From Candidatus Micrarchaeota archaeon (GTDB lineage Archaea; Micrarchaeota; Micrarchaeia; Micrarchaeales; CABMGC01), in NCBI GenBank assembly GCA_021790305.1, contig JAJYED010000002.1:4200-68199 (forward strand): 64,000 bases of DNA, given 5' to 3'. A model generated the notes under the pieces. That model was not told the origin of the DNA. It made no database searches and saw only the letters and a program-made list of their open reading frames with translations. Position numbers and translations under genes: made by a program. How positions within the stretch are numbered: the first letter of the stretch is position 1; every line of letters begins with the position of its first letter. Below are positions 56,703 to 64,000 of this stretch, piece after piece.

Positions 56703-57505
56703 TTTTCCACCAGCCCTGCCTTTTTGATTATATCTTCAAATTCCTTCCTGATCTCATCATCCTTGAGCACTGGGATGATTCCTGAATCACTCATCTCCCC
56801 AAACATCTTGTTGGACCTTACCTTTCCTACCAATTCGCAACCAAGCTCCTTTGCAACTTCTTCCCCTCCGTCTCCGCTGCCATCCGACATTGTCTCTACC
56901 ACTCCGAGAAGCGCCACTCCCAATCTTTTGGCCATCATTCCGGACCTTATGGTATTGACTGCGGAGATATGCCTTGGAGTAGTGACAAGAACGAAGCCAT
57001 CAAGAGACAGGAGCTGTATTATAGAGAGAGGAGCGTCGCTGGTCCCAGGCGGCAAATCTATTATTAGGTAATCTAATGGTCCCCAATCTGTATTATCAAG
57101 GAATTCACGTATCATCTTTGCGACAAGCGGCCCTCTCCATATTATCGGTTTCTTTGCGTCATCAACAAACATTGCAGTAGAGACCACCTTTACCCCCTCT
57201 TTCTCTGCAGGCTTCAACGGGTATTCGTCTGAGAACGTGCCCTCTATGCCTAGGAACATAAGCGCGTTTGGACAGTCTATATCCGCATCTATGAGCCCTA
57301 CCTTGTATCCCATGCTGCTCAGTGTAAAAGCAGTATTAACGGCTACCGTGGTCTTCCCAACGCCTCCCTTTGCACTGTAAATGCCTATCTTGTGCTTTAT
57401 ATTAGAAAGTTTCTGGTTTATGTTCTTCTTGTCTTCTATCACCCTGAGTATGGAAGAGTGCATCATATTGGTTCCAGCTCCAGAAACCTGTTCAGTGTCG
57501 GCCAT
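56699..57505 (-). CDS. Mrp/NBP35/MinD-type P-loop ATPase
   Basis: Deviant Walker A YSAKGGVGKTT and DADIDCPN. I could not see the CxxC motif of Fe-S carrier Mrp proteins. ATG at 57505; TTG at 57517 is also possible. Confidence 0.8.
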   Translation of the reverse strand: MADTEQVSGAGTNMMHSSILRVIEDKKNINQKLSNIKHKIGIYSAKGGVGKTTVAVNTAFTLSSMGYKVGLIDADIDCPNALMFLGIEGTFSDEYPLKPAEKEGVKVVSTAMFVDDAKKPIIWRGPLVAKMIREFLDNTDWGPLDYLIIDLPPGTSDAPLSIIQLLSLDGFVLVTTPRHISAVNTIRSGMMAKRLGVALLGVVETMSDGSGDGGEEVAKELGCELVGKVRSNKMFGEMSDSGIIPVLKDDEIRKEFEDIIKKAGLVEK

Positions 57506-57738
57506 AAATTTCCCCAAGAATTAAATCGTGAATATATATGAGCATATAATATATAAATTAACTCAAAACCAACCGAAAATAAGCGCCACGACCATATAAC
57601 TAGCGTTAAAGACTCTTTTAAAAATAATTTCCGCGTCTGTCACAATCAAAAGGTATTTAAGGGTAAACCCCTAATTATGTTTGCTATTTTATACTAAATT
57701 GCTAATTATATATGCAAATCGTATATGTGGTGTAATAT

Positions 57739-58437
57739 ATGTACCCAAATGTGCAAGCTTATGACCGAGGAGTGATGTTCAATCCAGACGGAAGGCTGTT
57801 CCAGGTAGAATATGCCAAGGAAGCGGTGAGAAAGGGCGCTACCTCAATAGGGATAGTGGGCAAAGACAGCGTAGTTCTTGTGGCTCACAAGAACATAAAC
57901 GACCCTCTTGCAGTGGCGAGCACCATCCAGAAGGTATTCAGGATAGATTCCCAGATCTGCGCAACATACAGCGGCATGGTATCAGATGGTCTGCACATAA
58001 TAGACACTGCAAGATCAAATACACAGAACCACCGCATGCTTTTCGACGAGATAAAATCAATAGAATCTCTTTCAAAGAACATATCTGCTTATATGATGCA
58101 GGCAACCCAATACGGAGGAATGCGACCTTATGCAGTCTCCCTTCTCGTAGGTGGGATAGATGATTACGGGCCAAGGCTCTTCGAAATAGAGCCTGGAGCT
58201 TCATTCCTAGGGTATAAAGCAGACGCGATAGGTTCAGGAAAGAAGGTCGCGATGGAGATGCTGCTCAAGGAGTACGAAGACAATATGGTGCTGGAAAAAG
58301 CGCTGGATCTTGGAGTCAAGGTAATAAAGAAGATAAGCGAGACAAAGCTCAATGAGGACAATCTGGATATAGGATACGTAACTATAAAGGATGGCTTCAC
58401 CTTGCTCTCAAGGGAAAAGATAAAAGAATATATATGA
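57739..58437 (+). CDS. psmA: Proteasome alpha subunit
   Basis: 232 aa. [32 protein letters not shown]. Confidence 0.95.
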   Translation: MYPNVQAYDRGVMFNPDGRLFQVEYAKEAVRKGATSIGIVGKDSVVLVAHKNINDPLAVASTIQKVFRIDSQICATYSGMVSDGLHIIDTARSNTQNHRMLFDEIKSIESLSKNISAYMMQATQYGGMRPYAVSLLVGGIDDYGPRLFEIEPGASFLGYKADAIGSGKKVAMEMLLKEYEDNMVLEKALDLGVKVIKKISETKLNEDNLDIGYVTIKDGFTLLSREKIKEYI

Positions 58438-58447
58438 CAGTGACGGC

Positions 58448-59131
58448 ATGTCCAAAACAGTAATAGCCAAATACTCCCATTCAGGAGAGAACTTCGAAAT
58501 CTTTGTCGATTCGGATAAGGCTTACAATTTCATAACAGGCAAACTTACGGATCCGATAGCTGTGCTTGAAGCAGAAGAAATCTTCGCTGACGCCAACAAG
58601 GGAGAGCGTCAAAGCCAGGATAAGATAAAGAAGATATTCAATACAACGGAACTGCCGAAAGTAGTGGAATTCATACTCAAGCACGGAAACGTGCCGATAA
58701 CAACAGAGCAGAGGAACAAGCTTCTCGAAGAGAAGAAGAAGCAGATAATAAACATAATAGCAAGAAACTCGATAGACCCAAGGACAAAAGCTCCTCATCC
58801 TCCGCAGAGGATAGAGGCGGCAATGCAGGAAGCGAGGGTAAGCATAGACCCGTTCAAAGGGGCAAGCGAGCAGGTAGATGAAGTAGTCAAGAAACTGTCC
58901 ATGAAGCTGCCTATAAAGTTTGCAACAATGAAGGTAGAGGTTGTAATTCCTGCCGAGTACACAAACAGGTGCTATGGGACCCTGAAGCAGTACGGGCTCA
59001 AATCAGAAGAGTGGCAGTCAAATGGCTCCCTCAAATGCATACTCGAATTCCCCGCCGGCCTTCAAGGAGAGTTCTTCGAGAAGATAAACAACGCAACAAA
59101 AGGAAATGTTACAACAAAGAATCTTGAATAA
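58448..59131 (+). CDS. SBDS-family ribosome maturation protein
   Basis: 227 aa. [17 protein letters not shown]... is the FYSH domain. It occupies the conserved position after psmA. Confidence 0.85.
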   Translation: MSKTVIAKYSHSGENFEIFVDSDKAYNFITGKLTDPIAVLEAEEIFADANKGERQSQDKIKKIFNTTELPKVVEFILKHGNVPITTEQRNKLLEEKKKQIINIIARNSIDPRTKAPHPPQRIEAAMQEARVSIDPFKGASEQVDEVVKKLSMKLPIKFATMKVEVVIPAEYTNRCYGTLKQYGLKSEEWQSNGSLKCILEFPAGLQGEFFEKINNATKGNVTTKNLE

Positions 59132-59140
59132 AGTGAAAAC

Positions 59141-59740
59141 ATGCAAAGAATAGTAATACCAGGAGAAAAGATCAGCGACACGTCGGTCAGAATGCACAAC
59201 ACGCTGATACACAACGGGAAAACCTACTCCACCATAGTCGGACTTTACAACGACGAAAAGAGCACGCTGATACCTCTGGAAGGTCTGTGGAATCCTGCAT
59301 ACGGTGACACGGTAGTGGGTGTCATAGAGGAGGACAGGCTGAATACCTATAACGTTAACCTCAATTCCCCTTACAAAGGACTGCTCATATCCAAATTCGT
59401 GCAGGAGCAGCTGAACAAAGGGGATGTGGTAGAGGCTTCTGTAAAAGAGCTGGATAAGACCCAGACCGTAGTGCTGATGCGTCCAAGGAAGCTCTCAGGC
59501 GGCAAGATATTCTCGATAACGCCTTCAAAGGTACCGAGAGTCCTGGGAAAGGGAAACAACATGCTAAAGGAACTGTCAACAAGCACGAAGTCCAGCATAA
59601 TTGTAGGACACAACGGCGTGGTATGGATAAAGGGAGGGAACATGCAGCTTGCAATGGACGCTATTCTCAGAATACAGGAAGAGGCACATACATCGGGCCT
59701 CACAGACAGAATAAAAGAGATGTTATCAAAGGGTAATTAG
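59141..59740 (+). CDS. rrp4: Exosome RNA-binding subunit Rrp4
   Basis: 199 aa with an N-terminal domain (VIPGEKI), an S1 domain and a KH domain (GKGNNMLKEL). Confidence 0.85.
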   Translation: MQRIVIPGEKISDTSVRMHNTLIHNGKTYSTIVGLYNDEKSTLIPLEGLWNPAYGDTVVGVIEEDRLNTYNVNLNSPYKGLLISKFVQEQLNKGDVVEASVKELDKTQTVVLMRPRKLSGGKIFSITPSKVPRVLGKGNNMLKELSTSTKSSIIVGHNGVVWIKGGNMQLAMDAILRIQEEAHTSGLTDRIKEMLSKGN

Positions 59741-59741
59741 A

Positions 59742-60485
59742 ATGTCAGGAGGAGGAGAAAAACCAGAATTGATCATAAACGGAAAGAGGCTCGACGGCAG
59801 GGGAGCTACGGACCTCCGCAGCTTAAAGATAGAACCGAATGTAATAAAGAACGCAGCAGGTTCTGCTTATGTCGAATGGGGAAACAACAAGATCATAGCT
59901 GCGGTGCATGGTCCAAAGGAAGCATTACCAAAGCATACTTCAGATCCTGAAAAGGCCGTGATAAAGTGCAGATATATGATGGCACCGTTCTCTTCATTGG
60001 AAGGACACGGGAGAACAGGCCCTAACAGGCGTTCCATAGAGATATCAAAAGTCACAAAAGAGGTATTCGAAAACGTTGTCATGCTCGAGCTGTTTCCAGG
60101 CACGGAAATAGACATATATGTAGAGGTTCTGCAGGGAGACGGAGGCACGCGCGCTGCAGGCATAACTGCTGCTGCCGTTGCAATGGCGCTCTCAGGGATA
60201 CCTATGACCGACGTTCCGTATGCAGTATCTGCAGGCAAGATAGGCGAAACAGTTGTCCTTGATCTGAACATGATAGAGGATAACTATTCGGATGCCGATA
60301 TGCCCGTAGCCGTCAAGCCGCTTACAAATGAGGTTCTCCTGCTGCAGATGGACGGTTCCTTGACAAAGGAGCAGTTCAAGGAGGGAATGGAGATGATACT
60401 GGAAGCAGGCAAGAAGATACACGAGATACAGGATGCAGCAATAAAGAGGCCATACCAGGAGATAATAGAGAGATACGAGAGATGA
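59742..60485 (+). CDS. rrp41: Exosome subunit Rrp41 (RNase PH, catalytic)
   Basis: 247 aa. GKRLDGRGATDLRSLKIEPNVIKNAAGSAYVEWGNNKIIAAVHGP...DGGTRAAGITAA. Confidence 0.95.
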   Translation: MSGGGEKPELIINGKRLDGRGATDLRSLKIEPNVIKNAAGSAYVEWGNNKIIAAVHGPKEALPKHTSDPEKAVIKCRYMMAPFSSLEGHGRTGPNRRSIEISKVTKEVFENVVMLELFPGTEIDIYVEVLQGDGGTRAAGITAAAVAMALSGIPMTDVPYAVSAGKIGETVVLDLNMIEDNYSDADMPVAVKPLTNEVLLLQMDGSLTKEQFKEGMEMILEAGKKIHEIQDAAIKRPYQEIIERYER

Positions 60486-60489
60486 GATT

Positions 60490-61275
60490 ATGTACATACA
60501 ATCAGCAACAAAGGAGTTCATATCCGATCTGATAGCAAGCAACAAGCGAGAATTCGGAAGAGCTCTGAATGAATACAGGGATATAAAAATAGAAAAGAAT
60601 TTCATAGAGCATGCAGAAGGATCCGCACAGGTCACGATCGGCAATACGAAGGTATTGGCCGGTGTAAAAATTACTGTCGGAGAACCTATGCATGACAAGC
60701 CGAACGAGGGCAACCTGATAACATCTGCAGAGCTTCTTCCAATGGCATCATCAGGTTATGAGATGGGTCCTCCATCCCCAGATGCAATAGAGGTCGCAAG
60801 AGTCATAGACCGCGGCATAAGGGCCGCAGGAATAATAGATACCGCTGCTCTTTTCATAGAGGAGGGCAAGGTCTGGGATGTCTTCGTTGACATATACGTG
60901 CTTAATTATGACGGCAATCTCTTCGATGCAGGAACAACGGCTGCAACAGTCGCACTGCTAAGCGCCAGAATGCCGAAGCTTGAAGGCGATAAGGTAATAA
61001 GCGAAGGAATAAAAGAGAAGCTCAAGACAAATGGTATAATAACTTCATGCACGTTCGCAAAGGTAGCAGGCAAGGTCTTCATAGATCCGGATGCAAACGA
61101 AGAGAAGTTCATGGACGCAAGGATTACGATAGCAAATGATGGAAAAGAGTTAAGAGCGATGCAGAAAGGGCTAAGAGGAAGCTTCACATTGCAGGAGCTC
61201 AACGACGCAGTCGCTATGTCATTTGAGAAGCACAATGATCTTAAGGCATTAATGGAAAAAGCACTGGGTGAATGA
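60490..61275 (+). CDS. rrp42: Exosome subunit Rrp42 (RNase PH-like)
   Basis: 261 aa. GRALNEYRDIKIEKNFIEHAEGSAQVTIGNTKVLAGVK. Confidence 0.9.
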   Translation: MYIQSATKEFISDLIASNKREFGRALNEYRDIKIEKNFIEHAEGSAQVTIGNTKVLAGVKITVGEPMHDKPNEGNLITSAELLPMASSGYEMGPPSPDAIEVARVIDRGIRAAGIIDTAALFIEEGKVWDVFVDIYVLNYDGNLFDAGTTAATVALLSARMPKLEGDKVISEGIKEKLKTNGIITSCTFAKVAGKVFIDPDANEEKFMDARITIANDGKELRAMQKGLRGSFTLQELNDAVAMSFEKHNDLKALMEKALGE

Positions 61276-61276
61276 T

Positions 61277-61528
61277 ATGTCAAACAGCAGTATAAGATAT
61301 GGAGTAGTATTGAGAAAGAGAAAAGCGTCTGTTCAGGCAGACAAGAGCGCAAGGTACGCGTGCGAGGTCTGCGGAAGGACTGCGGTAAAGAGACAGGGAA
61401 ACGCAATATGGAAGTGCAGGCACTGCAATGCGGTATTTGCAGGCGGAGCATACACTCTCAAGACCCCGTCCGGAGAGAATGCGATACATATCCTGCAGAG
61501 GATAAAATCCGGTGCGATAAATGGTTGA
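61277..61528 (+). CDS. rpl37ae: Ribosomal protein L37Ae (eL43)
   Basis: RYGVVLRKRKASVQADKSARYACEVCGRTAVKRQGNAIWKCRHCNAVFAGGAY, a C4 zinc ribbon. ATG at 61277 is preceded by GGTGA; the track start GTG at 61268 is less likely. Confidence 0.9.
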   Translation: MSNSSIRYGVVLRKRKASVQADKSARYACEVCGRTAVKRQGNAIWKCRHCNAVFAGGAYTLKTPSGENAIHILQRIKSGAING

Positions 61529-61886
61529 GATAACCTACTCGCCTCTGAAGTCCCTTGTCGTGCACGACATACTCGAAGTTGACAAGGAGAGCATAATGCG
61601 CGGCAGGGTCACTCCTGCAGGCACAATGCCTCTTTACTGGTGTGACGGCTTCCTCTACAGCTTCTCATCTCTCCCTATGACAGACGAGGTTGTGAAGGAT
61701 TACCTGAACGGAAGAATACACTGGGCAGAGGTCCAGTTCGCAAGGCTTGACAGGTTCGAGCCCGTGCTCATGCTCAACGAAGAGGAATATAAGGCAGAAC
61801 TGAAGATAAGGGTCATGGACACGAGCATCTCCCAACTGCACAAGGAGTTTGTCAAATGGCTGAAATCTGTTACGAAGAAGAAGTGA
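61521..61886 (+). CDS. Hypothetical protein embedded in the exosome superoperon
   Basis: 121-aa ORF overlapping rpl37ae by 8 nt and ending 6 nt before rpoP. No motif recognised. Confidence 0.5.
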   Translation: MVEITYSPLKSLVVHDILEVDKESIMRGRVTPAGTMPLYWCDGFLYSFSSLPMTDEVVKDYLNGRIHWAEVQFARLDRFEPVLMLNEEEYKAELKIRVMDTSISQLHKEFVKWLKSVTKKK

Positions 61887-61892
61887 TATTTA

Positions 61893-62024
61893 TGGCATAT
61901 ATATGCATGCATTGCGGAAAAGAGGTAAAATCGATAGACAAGTTTGTAAGATGCCCATACTGCGGATACAGGGTCCTTGCAAAGAAGAGGTCAACGATAG
62001 TAAGAGAGGTCTCTACGGATTAAG
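61893..62024 (+). CDS. rpoP: RNA polymerase subunit P (Rpb12-like)
   Basis: 43-aa ORF below the track cutoff: MAYICMHCGKEVKSIDKFVRCPYCGYRVLAKKRSTIVREVSTD, a CxxC...CxxC zinc ribbon followed by the basic tail typical of RpoP. It occupies the conserved position after rpl37ae. Confidence 0.85.
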
Positions 62025-62268
62025 ATCTCTCCCTTTCGCCAACTATAACCAGCTCTGCGACCTTCTTTACTCTCTTGTACTCTATGCTGTTCTTAAGGAA
62101 GTCGGAGCGCAAGTCGCTGCTCTTGGTGAGCTTGCTCATCTCGCTTAGCAACAGGTGCGTAACCGTCGCATTGTCAAGGTCAACAACCACTTCCTTTATA
62201 GTGCCCAGCATATTCCCTGAATTGGAGAGCACTCCCTTACCATAAAGCTCAGAAATCATAATGCTCAT
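62020..62268 (-). CDS. Small PRC-barrel domain protein
   Basis: 82 aa. ISELYGKGVLSNSGNMLGTIKEVVVDLDNATVTHLLL; same family pattern as 25328..25606. Confidence 0.65.
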   Translation of the reverse strand: MSIMISELYGKGVLSNSGNMLGTIKEVVVDLDNATVTHLLLSEMSKLTKSSDLRSDFLKNSIEYKRVKKVAELVIVGERERS

Positions 62269-62272
62269 TAAA

Positions 62273-62800
62273 TCATCTTATTCTGCTAATCTTCTTGGAT
62301 GCAAAAATTCTTATTATATACTCTTGCAGAGTGCTTACGAAAACCTCTTCATTCACAGATAGTTCCTTAAGATCCTTTTCATCAAAGAGCTCCTTCTTAT
62401 CCGCAACAAGACTTTTAAGATATGTGTCTGTCATCGAGTAAAAGCGCTTGCTGCAACCCTTGCATATATATGACGGTACGACAGGTACGGTATTTATGAC
62501 TGAGGGATGAATCAGATCAAGCTCTCTTGCCAGTATTCCATTGCAGGATGTGCACGCAGCATCAACATTCATGCCTTTATAATCTCCAGACTCAATTATC
62601 TCCATACCTCTAGTCAGGTTCACATAAAAAGGATCGTCAGGCCTCATATAAACCTGCTTCTCAACAAGCCCCCTTTCATTCAATTCCGTTATCAGCATGC
62701 CGTTCTGTGTTTTCTCTATCAGGCAGCATAGCCTTCTGCCTCCATTAATGTAGAAATCGCTTCTGAGCCGTGTATCATTGCTCCTGAAAAACCTCATCAT
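62273..62800 (-). CDS. Hypothetical zinc-ribbon protein
   Basis: 175 aa with CTSC...(27 aa)...CKGC. ATGA overlap with the upstream histone gene; 4 nt from the PRC-barrel gene. Confidence 0.5.
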   Translation of the reverse strand: MMRFFRSNDTRLRSDFYINGGRRLCCLIEKTQNGMLITELNERGLVEKQVYMRPDDPFYVNLTRGMEIIESGDYKGMNVDAACTSCNGILARELDLIHPSVINTVPVVPSYICKGCSKRFYSMTDTYLKSLVADKKELFDEKDLKELSVNEEVFVSTLQEYIIRIFASKKISRIR

Positions 62801-63009
62801 CTTCCCTTCTTTATAATATAATCCTCGATGTCCTCCTTGTTTATCCGCGTCCTCTTCGAACGCCTTGCATTCTGCACTGCAAATGCGGATATCCTTTCAG
62901 CTTCCTTTTCAAGTATCGCCGCAATCTTGTCTGCGCCGCTATCCGTTATCCTTGTCTTGAAATGGCTCTTCACGAGCTCCTTTATCGCCCTTCTAGATAG
63001 TTTTGCCAT
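62797..63009 (-). CDS. Archaeal histone (HMf-like histone fold)
   Basis: 70 aa. LSRRAIKELVKSHFKTRITDSGADKIAAILEKEAERISAFAVQNARRSKRTRINKEDIEDYI matches the alpha1-L1-alpha2-L2-alpha3 histone-fold layout. Confidence 0.8.
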   Translation of the reverse strand: MAKLSRRAIKELVKSHFKTRITDSGADKIAAILEKEAERISAFAVQNARRSKRTRINKEDIEDYIIKKGR

Positions 63010-63109
63010 TTAATCAGCACTCAAGATCGTCATCACCAATCAGACCTTCAGCTCATCATCAGTTGTATATAAGATGTAAAAGTATATAATTGCAAAAGGT
63101 AAAATCCGA

Positions 63110-63478
63110 ATGTTTATAATTATTCTCAGCTATTTATCATTGCTATTCATGGTGATATATATGATAGAAGATCTAGACGGCAAGAAGTTTGAAGAAAAGG
63201 TAATGCGCTCAACCAAGCCGGTCATAATAGACATATGGGCAACATGGTGCGGGCCATGCAGGATATTCTCTCCTGTGATAGAAGAGGTATCAAAAGAATT
63301 CGAGAGCAAAGCCACATTCTATAAACTTGATGCGGACCAGAACCAGGACATTGTGCAGAAGTACGACATAATGGGCATACCTACAGTGCTGCTCTTCGAG
63401 AAGGGAGTAGTGAAGGCCATGTCTGTAGGCGCCCTTCCAAAGGAGGCATTCAGGAAGTGGGTAGTCAATAATCTGTAA
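63110..63478 (+). CDS. trxA: Thioredoxin
   Basis: WATWCGPCRIF active site. The first 17 codons are hydrophobic (MFIIILSYLSLLFMVIY). The alternative start ATG at 63161 (MIEDLDGKKF...) would give a standard soluble protein. Confidence 0.85.
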   Translation: MFIIILSYLSLLFMVIYMIEDLDGKKFEEKVMRSTKPVIIDIWATWCGPCRIFSPVIEEVSKEFESKATFYKLDADQNQDIVQKYDIMGIPTVLLFEKGVVKAMSVGALPKEAFRKWVVNNL

Positions 63479-63491
63479 CTCAATGGTAAGC

Positions 63492-64000
63492 ATGTCATTA
63501 GAACTTCCGAGAGGGACAAGGGATTACGGGCCCAAGGAGAGCATACGCCTAAAGAATGTAATATCGCGTACCGAGCAGATTTTCAGGAGGTTCGGTTTTT
63601 ATCCCATAACGACTCCGGCGATAGAGAAGATAGAGGTACTCAATTCAAAGATATACGGAAGCGATGCAAACAACGAAATCTACCTGCTTGACGGTAAGGA
63701 AGCGGGGTTAAGATATGATCTCACGGTGCCTACTGCCAGATACGTGGCGATGAATAAAGGCACGGCTCTGCCTTTTAAGAGGTATATGATAGCAGAAGCA
63801 TGGAGACGGGACGAGCCGCAGTACATGCGCAGCAGGGAGTTCATACAAGCAGACGTAGATGTGATAGGCAGCTCTGAGATATCGGCTGAAGCGGAGGTAA
63901 TAGCCGCAAGTGCGATAGCCCTTGAGAACCTTGGGATAACTGACTATACTATAATGCTCAACCACCGCATTGTCCTCTCTGCAATCATGGACAGGTTCGG
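63492..64000 (+). CDS. hisS: Histidyl-tRNA synthetase (N-terminal part; runs off the window)
   Basis: Not in the track because it runs off the edge. MSLELPRGTRDYGPKESIRLKNV...LRYDLTVPTARYVAMN...WRRDEPQYMRSREFIQADVDVIG (class II motifs 1/2, HisRS-specific). Confidence 0.9.
   Translation, partial: MSLELPRGTRDYGPKESIRLKNVISRTEQIFRRFGFYPITTPAIEKIEVLNSKIYGSDANNEIYLLDGKEAGLRYDLTVPTARYVAMNKGTALPFKRYMIAEAWRRDEPQYMRSREFIQADVDVIGSSEISAEAEVIAASAIALENLGITDYTIMLNHRIVLSAIMDRF

Noticed and set aside
57518-57738. AT-rich 220-nt divergent intergenic region upstream of the mrp-orc1 operon as a replication origin
   Set aside because: The position is plausible, but I could not find repeated ORB-like or inverted elements by eye. 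Divergent TATA-rich promoters explain the composition. It remains worth a computational ORB or skew check.
60192-61451. Minus-strand ORFs of 173 and 181 aa across rrp41/rrp42/rpl37ae
   Set aside because: They are antisense to highly conserved exosome and ribosomal genes.
1-64000. Defence island, prophage, integrative element or CRISPR-Cas locus
   Set aside because: I recognised no integrase, transposase, Cas, restriction-modification, toxin-antitoxin pair or phage structural gene. The tRNA genes show no flanking direct repeats of their 3' ends. The window is essentially core genome.

Overview
Gene-dense archaeal chromosomal segment with about 75 protein genes and 5 tRNAs on both strands, many with 4-nt ATGA-type overlaps. 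I saw no rRNA, CRISPR array, transposase/integrase or recognisable defence island. All family assignments come from motif recognition by eye, not from database searches. Content is mostly core information processing: eL41; Bud32+Kae1 (KEOPS); TrpRS; the rpoH-rpoB2-rpoB1-rpoA1-rpoA2 operon; an Sm protein; tRNA-Ala, Glu, Gly, initiator-Met and Lys; dTMP kinase/dCTP deaminase; tRNA-splicing endonuclease; diphthine synthase; RadA; aIF2-alpha; L44e; GINS; TFE; gyrase B/A; Lhr helicase; prefoldin beta; RNase P proteins Rpp30/Pop5; SSB; a beta-CASP nuclease; ADP-forming acetyl-CoA synthetase; an Mrp-Orc1/Cdc6-Mre11-like operon; the proteasome-alpha/SBDS/Rrp4/Rrp41/Rrp42/L37Ae/RpoP superoperon; a histone; thioredoxin; and partial HisRS. 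Interspersed are envelope and transport genes: a MacB-type ABC system with a secreted COG1361-like protein, MFS and APC transporters, a flippase, a PAP2 phosphatase, a type IV pilin-like protein and several Ser/Thr-rich secreted proteins. The single-chain three-unit tRNA-splicing endonuclease, split rpoB, compact genes and gyrase suggest an ultrasmall ARMAN/Micrarchaeota-like (DPANN) archaeon; this is inference only. Points most worth a second look: (1) the three-unit EndA together with a tRNA-Ala carrying a 30-nt intron in the T-loop; (2) two conserved genes (Rpp30, PAC2) whose conserved N-terminal regions have no ATG/GTG/TTG but have an SD-like motif followed by in-frame CTG; (3) a co-directional array in which tRNAs abut or overlap protein-coding genes; (4) a Lys/His-rich N-terminal extension on TFE; (5) orc1 embedded in a translationally coupled operon; (6) an AT-rich GINS gene next to a 10-bp inverted repeat; (7) small ORFs missed by the track (eL41, RpoP). 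I did not find a convincing, self-contained novel multi-gene system.
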